Positions 32,693 to 42,147 of a stretch of DNA of 64,000 nucleotides are shown piece by piece (within the stretch, counting starts at the first letter, position 1; every line of letters starts with the position of its first letter). This stretch comes from an uncultured Methanolobus sp. GTDB lineage: Archaea > Halobacteriota > Methanosarcinia > Methanosarcinales > Methanosarcinaceae. A program made the position numbers and the translations under genes. The stretch covers positions 2,432,001 to 2,496,000 of the forward strand of contig OY776215.1 of the NCBI GenBank assembly GCA_963675495.1, given 5' to 3'. A model generated the notes under the pieces. The model was given only the letters and a program-made list of their open reading frames with translations. It was not told where the DNA came from and did not search any database.

Positions 32693-33388
32693 ATCAGTGC
32701 AATTGCTTTGTTAAGTAGCGGTCTTGATTCAGTTACTGCCATTGCGGCAGTTCATGAAAAGGTCGGAGTTAAGATGGCTCTGATCTTCAATTACGGACAA
32801 CGTTCAGTAGAGCGCGAGATCCAAAATTCGGTGAAGGTCTGTGAACATTTCGGGATTGAATATCGTATCCTTGACATAAAGTGGATGAGGGAGATTACCA
32901 ACACATCCCTTGTCAATACGGAAATGGAAGTTCCCTCACTTAGCATGGATGAAATATCAGACAATGCAGATCCTTCCATAACCATTCAGTCGGCAAAAGC
33001 CGTCTGGGTTCCAAACCGAAATGGCATCCTTATAAACATCGCAGCAGCTTTTGCTGAAAGTATGGATTGTGAGTATGTAATTGTAGGTTTTAACAAGGAA
33101 GAGGCTGTGACGTTCCCGGATAATTCAGCTGAATTTATCGCTTCAATCGATGATTCACTTTCATACTCAACAGCAAATGGTGTGAAAGTGCTTGCACCTC
33201 TCATCGGATTGGACAAAAAAGAGATCGTTGCAAAGGCTGTGGAACTAAGAGCACCACTTGAGTTTAGCTGGAGCTGTTATCATGGCGAGGATGTTCCATG
33301 TGGTGAATGCGAGAGCTGTACTCGAAGAAGAAGGGCTTTTGAGGCTGCAGGTATTCAGGACCCACTGCTCGTAAGGCTCGGGATATGA
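32693..33388 (+). CDS. queC: 7-cyano-7-deazaguanine synthase
   Basis: [36 protein letters not shown]; start placed at ATC 32693 (alternative TTG 32708). Confidence 0.93.
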   Translation: MSAIALLSSGLDSVTAIAAVHEKVGVKMALIFNYGQRSVEREIQNSVKVCEHFGIEYRILDIKWMREITNTSLVNTEMEVPSLSMDEISDNADPSITIQSAKAVWVPNRNGILINIAAAFAESMDCEYVIVGFNKEEAVTFPDNSAEFIASIDDSLSYSTANGVKVLAPLIGLDKKEIVAKAVELRAPLEFSWSCYHGEDVPCGECESCTRRRRAFEAAGIQDPLLVRLGI

Positions 33389-33419
33389 CCCGGACATTTG
33401 ATACTTTTGGTGTGATAAC

Positions 33420-33977
33420 ATGAAATGTATAATTCTTGATAAAACGACAGATTATGACGGCAGTCAGATATCATCACTCTGGGCATATAATCTTGCAGAT
33501 ATTCAGACAGACTCTATTATTGCTTTCAGGGGAGGCTGTGATGTTAAGATCGAACATATGATCGATCTTGAGGACAAGAAACAGGGTGATATGATATTTT
33601 CCACTGACATGGTTCACTTCATCATAGAACATTTTGATTCAACTGACCTGAAACTGGTGTATGCAAGGCAGAGGTTGTTTACGGCAATAGTCGCGGAAGT
33701 ACTTTCGGAATACCGCAACGACATTGTCAGAAAGGGTGATGACCTTTTTGTGGATGATAAGAAACTTACAGTGTCTATTGCCAGCACATCAGCCGTTTCA
33801 CAAAAAATTCACTTTGGAATTAATGTCGTGCACGATTATTATGGCAGCTTTAAGGATGTCGGGGTTAGCAGTGAAGGTGTGAAAGGACTAATGGAAAAGA
33901 TTGCAAATTGTTACTATAATGAATTTATCGACATTGAGATGGACCTTCGTAAATCAAGGCCATTGGATGTGATCTAG
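33420..33977 (+). CDS. DUF366 family protein
   Basis: YDGSQI..LWAY, HFIIEHFD, RKGDDL, KKLTVSIA, HFGINV. Confidence 0.85.
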   Translation: MKCIILDKTTDYDGSQISSLWAYNLADIQTDSIIAFRGGCDVKIEHMIDLEDKKQGDMIFSTDMVHFIIEHFDSTDLKLVYARQRLFTAIVAEVLSEYRNDIVRKGDDLFVDDKKLTVSIASTSAVSQKIHFGINVVHDYYGSFKDVGVSSEGVKGLMEKIANCYYNEFIDIEMDLRKSRPLDVI

Positions 33978-34693
33978 TGTTCGCACCCATAAATGAGATA
34001 TTTTGCTCAGTACAGGGTGAAGGTCCGTATGTAGGGTGCAGGCAGACATTCGTTCGTTTTACCGGGTGTAACCTGAATTGCCATTATTGTGATACTCCTG
34101 TGGAAGCAACGAAGTTTTGCAGGGTTGAGAAGAGTGTGGGGTCCAATGTTTTCCAGAACATTGAAAATCCTCTTTCATCGGATGAGGTTATCGATATCGT
34201 AAAGTCATTCTCTGGCTTGCACTCAGTCTCACTAACCGGTGGTGAACCGTTGCTTTATGCGGAATTCATATCCTCAATAGATGTGGATGTTCCTCTTTAT
34301 CTTGAATCTAACATGACCCTGCCTCATATGGCCAAAAAAATAAAAAACAATTTGTCATATGTTTCCGGCGATGTGAAACTTTTACCTCATTCATCACTTG
34401 ATGATCCGGAACTTCATCTTGACAGAACGATTGAATGCTTCAGAACATTGAGAACTACACAGGACAGGGATTGTTTCTGTAAGATAGTTGTAACAAAAGA
34501 CACACCTATTGGTGATATCGAAGGTATTGTCGGCGCCATATCCGGGTATATATCTACCCTCATACTGCAACCGGTGACACAGAAGGATATGCAGCCTGAA
34601 CCTGGCTATTTGCTGGGTTTGCAGGAATCCTTCCTTAATGATATTGATACTAGAATAATACCACAGACCCACAAAATGTGGGGGTGCTTATAG
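33977..34693 (+). CDS. queE: 7-carboxy-7-deazaguanine synthase (radical SAM)
   Basis: EIFCSVQGEG, GCNLNCHYCDT, TGGEP, PQTHK. Confidence 0.92.
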   Translation: MFAPINEIFCSVQGEGPYVGCRQTFVRFTGCNLNCHYCDTPVEATKFCRVEKSVGSNVFQNIENPLSSDEVIDIVKSFSGLHSVSLTGGEPLLYAEFISSIDVDVPLYLESNMTLPHMAKKIKNNLSYVSGDVKLLPHSSLDDPELHLDRTIECFRTLRTTQDRDCFCKIVVTKDTPIGDIEGIVGAISGYISTLILQPVTQKDMQPEPGYLLGLQESFLNDIDTRIIPQTHKMWGCL

Positions 34694-35037
34694 TGAAAAT
34701 GAAACTTGGAATAACTGATTATATTGACAGTGCTCATTATCTTCCGGGGCATGAGACATGCGGGATCGTTCATGGACATACTTATAAGACAGAAGTCGTG
34801 ATCGAAGGTGAGAAAAAGGATACTGGAATGGTTATGGACTTTTATGAGATAAAGAAGGTCATAAAAGAAGTCCTTAAAGAATATGACCATGTGTTGTTGA
34901 ATAACATACTTGAGTTTCCAAGTGTGGAGAACCTTTGTGAGCATGTCCACACTAAGCTTTCATCCCGACTTGACTACCCGCTATCCGTAAAAATGTGGGA
35001 AGGCGAAGGCAAGTGGTGTGAAGTAAGTACATGTTAA
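34693..35037 (+). CDS. queD: 6-carboxytetrahydropterin synthase
   Basis: SAHYL...CGIVHGHTY, MVMDF, DH..LN, PSVEN. Confidence 0.92.
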   Translation: MKMKLGITDYIDSAHYLPGHETCGIVHGHTYKTEVVIEGEKKDTGMVMDFYEIKKVIKEVLKEYDHVLLNNILEFPSVENLCEHVHTKLSSRLDYPLSVKMWEGEGKWCEVSTC

Positions 35038-35119
35038 ATTAGAAGTTTATACAAAACTATATCTATGAGTTTACCTTAAATTGAGCCGTGTTTATTGGAG
35101 CTGCATAGGAGCTATATTT

Positions 35120-36058
35120 ATGGAAAATAAAGAAAAAGACATTTGTGAAATTGAAATTTCCAAGGGTGACGATATCAAGAGAATAATATCACAACATCCT
35201 TGTTATTCCAAAGAAGCCCAACACAAGTTCGGAAGAATTCATCTTGCAGTAGCTCCGAAATGCAATATTCAATGTAATTATTGTGACCGTAAATTTGATT
35301 GTGTTAATGAGAGCAGACCTGGAGTTACCAGTGAAGTACTGACTCCACAAGATGCTCTTGAAAAGACCCGGCAGGTCCTGAAGGAATATCCTTTTATCAA
35401 GGTTGTTGGTATCGCAGGTCCTGGTGACCCATTGGCCAATGATGAAACCTTTGAGACATTGGAACTTATCAAGAAAGAATTCCCGGATGTAACACTTTGC
35501 CTGAGTACCAACGGACTCGCATTGCCTGAGAAGTTGCCTGATCTGATCAGGGTAGGTGTTACTACACTAACGGTTACGATGAATGCCATCGATCCTGAAA
35601 TCGAGGCTCAGTTAATAGGTCATATTTCTTATAAAGGCAAGATATACAGAGGCATCGAAGCAGCTGAGATCATGGTGAAGAATCAATTGGAAGGCATCAG
35701 GCTTGCAGTTGAGGCTGGTCTTGTGCTCAAGATCAATACTGTGCTTGTTCCAGGCATCAACGATAAACACATTGTTGAAGTTGCCAAAAAGATAAATGAG
35801 CTCGGTGTCTTTATCATGAATGTTATGCCGCTTATATGCCAGGCAAAATTTGCGCACATGGAACCACCAACACCTGAAGAGCGTAAGGCTATTCAGAAAC
35901 AGTGTGAGCCTTATGTCCAGCAGATGAGACACTGTCGCCAGTGCAGGGCTGATGCATATGGTCTTATCGGAACGGACATGTCACAGATGAGTGAAGAACG
36001 CAGAAAAGTCGTTAAACTCGATATGGATAAAAAGACGCATTCAGATGAGAAGGCTTAA
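35120..36058 (+). CDS. nifB: Short NifB-like radical SAM protein
   Basis: HPC, CNIQCNYC, ESRPG, AGPGDPL, CRQCRADA; no NifX domain. Confidence 0.85.
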   Translation: MENKEKDICEIEISKGDDIKRIISQHPCYSKEAQHKFGRIHLAVAPKCNIQCNYCDRKFDCVNESRPGVTSEVLTPQDALEKTRQVLKEYPFIKVVGIAGPGDPLANDETFETLELIKKEFPDVTLCLSTNGLALPEKLPDLIRVGVTTLTVTMNAIDPEIEAQLIGHISYKGKIYRGIEAAEIMVKNQLEGIRLAVEAGLVLKINTVLVPGINDKHIVEVAKKINELGVFIMNVMPLICQAKFAHMEPPTPEERKAIQKQCEPYVQQMRHCRQCRADAYGLIGTDMSQMSEERRKVVKLDMDKKTHSDEKA

Positions 36059-36122
36059 AGCTTCTCACTGATATTTTATATTTATATTTATTAATTCTAT
36101 TATCATTGTGCAGGTGTTTTTT

Positions 36123-37094
36123 TTGTATATTGAAGAGCTTGCGGCAAATTTAAGGAACTTTGAAGGGGTTACCCGGAAAAAACCAATTGCAGAAATTGTG
36201 AGCATATTCGAGACAGTTCGCTCGGAGTATGGAGAGGTCATTGATGACTTTGGAGACGATGCTGCAGTTATCGATATTGGCACTGATGATGTCATCCTCT
36301 TTGCTGCTGATGCAATTTGGGGAAAGATAGTCAATAAAAGTCCCTGGTGGACAGGTTACACTTCCGTTGTTGTGAATGTGAACGATATCTCTGCAATGGG
36401 TGGTCGCCCACTTGCAATGGTCAACGTTATGGCTTCCAGTGACCAGGAATCCACTGAAGAGATAATGAGAGGTATTCGGGATGGTATCAAGAAATTCGGC
36501 GTACCAATGGTAGGCGGACACATGCATCCTGACACTCCTTATAACTCACTTGCAGTATCCATCATAGGTATTGCTAAGAAGGACTGTGTGATCCGAAGCG
36601 ACAGTGCGAAGCCAGGAGATGTTGTGATAGTTGCATATGACATGGATGGCAGGGTCGGACAGAATTCCCCTTACAGTTGGGATACAACTTCATTCAAGGA
36701 AGCTGATGTTGTGCGTGAGCGTTTCATGGTCATGCAGGAGATCGGGGAAAAGAAATTGGTAAGCGCAGGTAAGGATATCAGTAACCCGGGTACTATAGGT
36801 ACTCTTGGCATGTTATGTGAAGTGAGCAGGATGGGCGCGTCTGTGGATATTCGAAAGATACCACGACCGGAAGATGTTGACTTTGAGCAGTGGTTGAAGA
36901 TATATCCTGCAACTGGTTATGTTGTCACTGCAAAAGAAGAGAATGCTTCTGAGTGTATTAAGATGTTTGAAAATGCTGGCCTTAAGGCTGCTGTTATGGG
37001 TGAGATCAATGATAGCCAGGTCATTGATATTTATGATGACAGCGGTAATGCTATTGTTTTTGATCTCAAAAATGATACAATTACAGGAATTTGA
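36123..37094 (+). CDS. Methanogenesis marker protein 2 (AIR synthase/PurM-like)
   Basis: GVTRKKPI, FGDDAAVI, VNVNDISAMGG, GGHMHPD, GKDISNPG. Confidence 0.88.
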   Translation: MYIEELAANLRNFEGVTRKKPIAEIVSIFETVRSEYGEVIDDFGDDAAVIDIGTDDVILFAADAIWGKIVNKSPWWTGYTSVVVNVNDISAMGGRPLAMVNVMASSDQESTEEIMRGIRDGIKKFGVPMVGGHMHPDTPYNSLAVSIIGIAKKDCVIRSDSAKPGDVVIVAYDMDGRVGQNSPYSWDTTSFKEADVVRERFMVMQEIGEKKLVSAGKDISNPGTIGTLGMLCEVSRMGASVDIRKIPRPEDVDFEQWLKIYPATGYVVTAKEENASECIKMFENAGLKAAVMGEINDSQVIDIYDDSGNAIVFDLKNDTITGI

Positions 37095-37132
37095 AAGGAC
37101 TGGCTTCTAAGCCCGTCCATTTTTATTAAAAG

Positions 37133-37441
37133 TTAATCGCTTTCTATCCAGGCCTGCAGCTCTTGGTGCAGATACTTTTCAGCAGCCTGTACTTGTTCCA
37201 GGACACCCCTAAGGACAATCACTTCTCTCTCATCCGTTTCTACGATGTGAACCCCTATCTTCCTTCCAAGTGCTTCAAGCTCGAATTCTTCCACAAGGTC
37301 GTAGATTATGTATGAAGGAGTTCCGGGTGGCATTATAAGATCATAGAGATTTTCCAGGTCCTGTACGGCAGGATCTGCTTCTATTTTGCTTTTTGTTCTT
37401 TCAAGGTCCTCAATTTGCAGTTTTTTTGCCAATGTAATCAC
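37133..37441 (-). CDS. Hypothetical protein
   Basis: ~100 aa acidic ORF (LYDLIMPPGTP...LRG); probable TTG start near 37432. Confidence 0.65.
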   Translation of the reverse strand: MITLAKKLQIEDLERTKSKIEADPAVQDLENLYDLIMPPGTPSYIIYDLVEEFELEALGRKIGVHIVETDEREVIVLRGVLEQVQAAEKYLHQELQAWIESD

Positions 37442-37582
37442 CGTCTATGCTGATTTGATGGTATAATATACATAAATAGTAATCGCTGCGTTTAACAGGG
37501 TTTAACTATTAATAGTGTTAGTCGCAAAAATGTAACTAGTTTAAGTGTGCTTGAAACGACATGCAACATCCGGAGGGTATGA

Positions 37583-38281
37583 ATGAGATTAATCGATTTA
37601 TCAGATGAGAAAGGACAGATCAGGGTCGAGTTTGGCGGATGCAACATGAAATGTCCTTATTGTGTTCACATACATCAGCCTGTGAAGGAGTGGACTGTTG
37701 ATGATGTGGTGGACTACGCGAACAAGTCTACGACTGAGAATGTCTATCTTGGGGGGGCAGAGCCAACTCTGCAAAAAGATCTGATGCCGCTTATTGAGGG
37801 ACTTCACAGCATAGGCAAGAGTATTATCCTGAAGTCAAATGGCATGAAACCTGATATTCTTGAAGTTGCGCTTCCTTTTGTTCATGGCTTTGTACTTGAG
37901 ATAAAAGCTCCCAGTGATGATATAAAAGGCATAATAGAGCTTACGGGCATGTCAGAGGGACGTAGCACAAAGTATGTGGAGCTCCTTAAACAGTCGCTGG
38001 TCATTGCAAAGAAAAAATGGCTTAGGGTCTGGATAAGGGTAATACCTGAATATGTGAATGCCGATACGATGCCACGTATATTGCCTGATCTTGAGGGTGC
38101 TTCTGAGGTCATGCTTTATCAGTTCATGAGCAATCCGGAATTCGATCTGCCATTTATGGGACATGAGAAGCCGACACCTTCATGGAGAGAAATTAAGAGC
38201 CTGGGACAAATAGTGTTAAAAACAGTTCCTTTGGTCAGGGTCGTTGGTGACAGGGGTCAGATCTTGTTGCAGGAAGAATAA
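37583..38281 (+). CDS. Radical SAM protein (activase-like)
   Basis: GGCNMKCPYC, GGAEPT; strong RBS GGAGGG. Confidence 0.8.
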   Translation: MRLIDLSDEKGQIRVEFGGCNMKCPYCVHIHQPVKEWTVDDVVDYANKSTTENVYLGGAEPTLQKDLMPLIEGLHSIGKSIILKSNGMKPDILEVALPFVHGFVLEIKAPSDDIKGIIELTGMSEGRSTKYVELLKQSLVIAKKKWLRVWIRVIPEYVNADTMPRILPDLEGASEVMLYQFMSNPEFDLPFMGHEKPTPSWREIKSLGQIVLKTVPLVRVVGDRGQILLQEE

Positions 38282-38432
38282 TGCTAACGATATTGTAATG
38301 TTTTCGAAGGTATTTGTGAATATTTTGCCTTCAAATACTCTTGACTGATAACCAATAGGATTAAAAATGGTGCGATGCATGATACCTACTGGAATTTTAT
38401 TCAATTTAAGCCTATAATAGGGGATGATATTA

Positions 38433-38744
38433 ATGAAGGAATACAAATTAAAGCGTGGTTCAACACCCGATATGGATAGGATACACGAATGCCTGACAGA
38501 GTCTTTTCCAAGTGAGGTCACGAAGGAAGATGGTAAGTTCGTTACTTCTTATGGTGTTCTTTCCAGTCTGACTGTATGGCTAGAAGGTAAAAAACTGGCT
38601 GTTGATACGGTGTCTGATACTACTTTGACAGACGATGAGCTTATACTGGACTCGAATAAACGATTCAGAGATTTCCTTTTAAAGGCTACAGGTTATACTG
38701 CCAAGGAACGTCTGAAACAGGCAAAGAAGGAAGTTGGCAAGTAA
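38433..38744 (+). CDS. DUF5611-like conserved archaeal protein
   Basis: EYKLKRG...FRDFLLKATGYTAKER. Confidence 0.7.
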   Translation: MKEYKLKRGSTPDMDRIHECLTESFPSEVTKEDGKFVTSYGVLSSLTVWLEGKKLAVDTVSDTTLTDDELILDSNKRFRDFLLKATGYTAKERLKQAKKEVGK

Positions 38745-38789
38745 CTTTCCATTCCCTTCCATTTATTTACAATTCAGGAATCGTTTTGT

Positions 38790-39296
38790 ATGGAATTTCT
38801 CGAAAAACTAAAGAGCTTTGAGATTCCCACATGCCTGAGGGTGTGTGCAGGAACCGATGGTTCGGTCACTTTCCTTCTGGAAATTATGACCAAACACCCC
38901 ACAGCTGTTGTGACAGAGTTCCAGCATATAATTCCGGCAGATGAGCAGAGTGCAGAGATATTCGGAGTAGATATTGGCGCAGACATCAATGAACGTGTGG
39001 TCACCCTCACAGCCGGGGATGTCCCCTATGTGTTTGCTCGCTCCCTGTCAGCTATTGAAAAGATGCCCGATGGCGTGCGCAGTGATATGATGAAAGCCGA
39101 CATCCCAATAGGTAAGATACTGCGTGACCACGATATAGAGACCAGAAGAGATTTTGAAGGCATCGAGATAGTCGAGGAATCTCCACTCTTTGGAGCAGAA
39201 AAAGTACTTTCCCGTTCCTATCGTATTGTCCACCACAACGGTGTCCTAATGTGGATCAACGAGAAGTTCCCGGTAGATGACCGCTGGTGCTTATAA
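38790..39296 (+). CDS. Chorismate lyase-like (DUF98/UbiC-like) protein
   Basis: TDGSVT..LE, ADIPIGKIL, ETRR, INEKFP. Confidence 0.8.
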   Translation: MEFLEKLKSFEIPTCLRVCAGTDGSVTFLLEIMTKHPTAVVTEFQHIIPADEQSAEIFGVDIGADINERVVTLTAGDVPYVFARSLSAIEKMPDGVRSDMMKADIPIGKILRDHDIETRRDFEGIEIVEESPLFGAEKVLSRSYRIVHHNGVLMWINEKFPVDDRWCL

Positions 39297-39371
39297 ATCA
39301 CCATTATCTCAACCGAAAACTTATTAATTGAGTCTGTGTATTAAGGGAAAGCACCCCAGTACTTATTGTGT

Positions 39372-39443
39372 GCCTCGGTGGCCTAGGGGTATAGCGCGTC
39401 CTTGGTAAGGACGAGATCGTGGGTTCAAATCCCACCCGAGGCT
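39372..39443 (+). tRNA. tRNA-Thr(GGT)
   Basis: Acceptor GCCTCGG/CCGAGGC, anticodon arm CGTCC-TTGGTAA-GGACG, T arm GTGGG-TTCAAAT-CCCAC, discriminator T, no encoded CCA. Confidence 0.95.
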
Positions 39444-39526
39444 CTATTATTTTTCCAGTTTAACCTCGTACTCTTAATCTATATTTTAGCTTGGAGAAGT
39501 CATTACTAAATAAATATTATATGTAA

Positions 39527-39783
39527 TTGGATGAATCACTGTTTAAGCTGATTGGGAATATCAGTGAAGAACATAAATCCAATGAATTAAAGCCTGTTAT
39601 TTGTAAAGATGTAAGACCATGAATGGTCCTACTTGTGCTTTTTGTTCTTCATGTGGAATGGCTCTGACAATTGAAGCAATTAAATATATTGAAAAAAGGA
39701 GATTGGATATATCTATGGCTCTGATGGAGCTTGTAGAGAAGGATTCGGAAGTTGCTAAGGTGTTGAGGGATGTTATAGGCTAA
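39527..39783 (+). pseudogene. C-terminal remnant of an archaeal tyrosine integrase (zinc-ribbon tail)
   Basis: LDESLFKLIGNISEEHKSNELKPVICK/RCKTMNGPTCAFCSSCGMALTIEA...; 1-nt frameshift at ~39607; 84 bp from tRNA. Confidence 0.65.
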
Positions 39784-39870
39784 TTTTACTTCTCTTCTCT
39801 ATACGAATATATAGAGTCTATACATAATTTTCTTAAACATGTAGTTTACATACTAAATATTCTCTACTAT

Positions 39871-40635
39871 TTGCTGGCTGGTGAGATTATCGCAAAAAGA
39901 AACTACAGAAAAAAAAGATATTCTCGAAAGAACGATGGCGATGATTTATTAGGAAAAATAATAGTTGCTGGATTTGCTATATTTCTGGTTTTAAGCTTAG
40001 CAATCTACATACTGGAAAATTACTGGCCTTATCTACTACTTGTTGGAATTGCATACTTAGTGTATGCTCATGGACCTTATTGCTATTCAAAATTCAAAGC
40101 AAGGAATGCATCTGTTGTACCAGAGTCTTATGAAGTCATAAATGTTGTTGATGACATAGAAATTGAAGAAGAAATAGTAGATGATGAAGATAATACAGAA
40201 AAGGGAGACATGTTTGAAAGATTCGTTGTTGATCTTTTCAGTGAACAAAGCTTCACTATTGTGGAATGGACCACAGATATGATGAGAAAACATGATCGGT
40301 ATGTTGAAGCTGACACCAGACCTGATTTAAAGCTAAGACACAAACAAACGGGTGCTGAATTCTATGTAGAATGCAAATATAGGTCATACATATTTGAAAA
40401 TAAGGTTCAGTGGTCCAGTTATGGCCAGATGCAAAGGTACAGAGAATTTGCAGATAAGATGAATTTGCCTGTTTTTGTAGTAATAGGACTGGGAGGTATG
40501 CCTGATTATCCTGAAAGACTATTTTGTATTCCTCTGGAAGATGCAAAATATACAGGATTATATCCAAGTTATTTAGGGAATTATGAACATAATCCAAGAG
40601 AATATTTTAGATGGAAATCGAATGTTCTCAATTAA
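39871..40635 (+). CDS. Membrane-anchored PD-(D/E)XK nuclease-like protein
   Basis: Basic N-terminus, two TM helices, acidic linker, then KGDMFERFV...RPDL...FYVECKYR. Confidence 0.7.
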   Translation: MLAGEIIAKRNYRKKRYSRKNDGDDLLGKIIVAGFAIFLVLSLAIYILENYWPYLLLVGIAYLVYAHGPYCYSKFKARNASVVPESYEVINVVDDIEIEEEIVDDEDNTEKGDMFERFVVDLFSEQSFTIVEWTTDMMRKHDRYVEADTRPDLKLRHKQTGAEFYVECKYRSYIFENKVQWSSYGQMQRYREFADKMNLPVFVVIGLGGMPDYPERLFCIPLEDAKYTGLYPSYLGNYEHNPREYFRWKSNVLN

Positions 40636-40674
40636 TCCAACCATAATAAGCATCATATTGAAACTTTGCCTATG

Positions 40675-40696
40675 CGCCGCCAAAGGCGGGCGTTTT
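40675..40696 (+). terminator. GC-rich hairpin plus T tract after nuclease gene
   Basis: CGCCGCC-AAA-GGCGGGCG-TTTT. Confidence 0.5.
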
Positions 40697-40866
40697 AATC
40701 ACTGGCCTTTGCCTGAGTAAAATAGCCGGCATTCTGAAAGGATGTGTAGTTATCGATTTTATTCTATTATATTATGCGGAAGTATTAAGGAATCTAAACG
40801 TAGCAGTGAGTTGGATTATAGAAAATAATAATCCATCAGTCAAAATGTTATCATTATTAAATAGCA

Positions 40867-42120
40867 ATGTTTATACGGTTTAATTCACTATTTTATATAG
40901 TGTACCCTTATATTACTTCTATTGTTAAAGTTTTATCAACTATAGGCTTAATATTTGCTAATCTGATTACGTATTTGTTCCTTTCTAACTATCTTCTGAA
41001 TGTTTCATTATGGGGTTATCTACTGTTAATTGCGTTAACTGGGGTTATTTTAAGAATTGATATTTCACTTTGGCTATGGTATTCACTTAAAAAAACATTT
41101 TCAAAAACAGTTGATTGCTTAATTAGTATTCCAAAAAAAATCAAAATGGTGAAACTTTTTAATAGTCAAGATGTATTGAAAGCAAATACATACATACTTA
41201 TTTTGCAAAAAATAAAAAAGAAAATAACCTCGTTAAAACATGCTATTAAAGGTCTCTTGCACAAAATAATTGATATGAAATTCCTTTTTGTATCTATTAG
41301 ATTATTGTTTTTCAATACGTTCTATGATTTATTTTCAGTCTATGCTATATGGTTAAGTTTACTTGGTTTAGTTCATATAACTAAAATATATACAGTACAG
41401 ATAGATGATCCAAATGAATCATTTTTTGAACTAAGTGCCATTTTAGGCATCTTTTTAGGTATTTTTCAGTTTGTATTACAAAGAAACGATGAAAAAATAG
41501 ATACTAAAATAAATTCCTACTCAAATCTTGTAAGGTCAATAATTTATCAAGAGACTCAATTTACCAAATTTTACAAAATGGTTTCTGATGATGACAATTC
41601 CCTTAAGGATTGGATTAGTAAAAATACTGATCCAAAACTCCAATTGATTGATTTTTTTAAATCATTAACTGATAATAAAGACTTTTCTACACAATTTTTT
41701 AGACTTATGAATAAGAAAAACATGCCCTTTTCAATAAATATGGCTTATCCCGATTCTAACAAACAATATGAGATTTTAGATGTGGCTGCAGAGCACGAAA
41801 AAGACAAAAAAGAAGAGTTACACAAGTTGTATCATCTGTTTTTTGTAGATGAAGAAAGAATAAACCAGATTTACAATAAAATAGATGAAAAAATAGATAT
41901 TAATGAATTCAGATTTTTAGCATTGCGTAATATCAATATCATCTCCGAGATACTTCCTAAGTTTATAACCTACGATGCACAGAAAATGGCAAGCAAAATC
42001 GGACAGGAAGAAAAGGAAAATGTAGATGAAAAAATGATTGAATTTGAATCATCAGAAGGATATATAGCCTACTTAAATGAAAAGATAAGTGGAAGAGTTC
42101 TTGGTGATTTATTAAAGTAA
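40867..42120 (+). CDS. Orphan, very AT-rich membrane protein
   Basis: 417 aa open frame; about 4 TM helices then a soluble helical C-terminal region. Confidence 0.65.
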   Translation: MFIRFNSLFYIVYPYITSIVKVLSTIGLIFANLITYLFLSNYLLNVSLWGYLLLIALTGVILRIDISLWLWYSLKKTFSKTVDCLISIPKKIKMVKLFNSQDVLKANTYILILQKIKKKITSLKHAIKGLLHKIIDMKFLFVSIRLLFFNTFYDLFSVYAIWLSLLGLVHITKIYTVQIDDPNESFFELSAILGIFLGIFQFVLQRNDEKIDTKINSYSNLVRSIIYQETQFTKFYKMVSDDDNSLKDWISKNTDPKLQLIDFFKSLTDNKDFSTQFFRLMNKKNMPFSINMAYPDSNKQYEILDVAAEHEKDKKEELHKLYHLFFVDEERINQIYNKIDEKIDINEFRFLALRNINIISEILPKFITYDAQKMASKIGQEEKENVDEKMIEFESSEGYIAYLNEKISGRVLGDLLK

Positions 42121-42147
42121 CATTTATCTTAATAACATTAAGTAATT

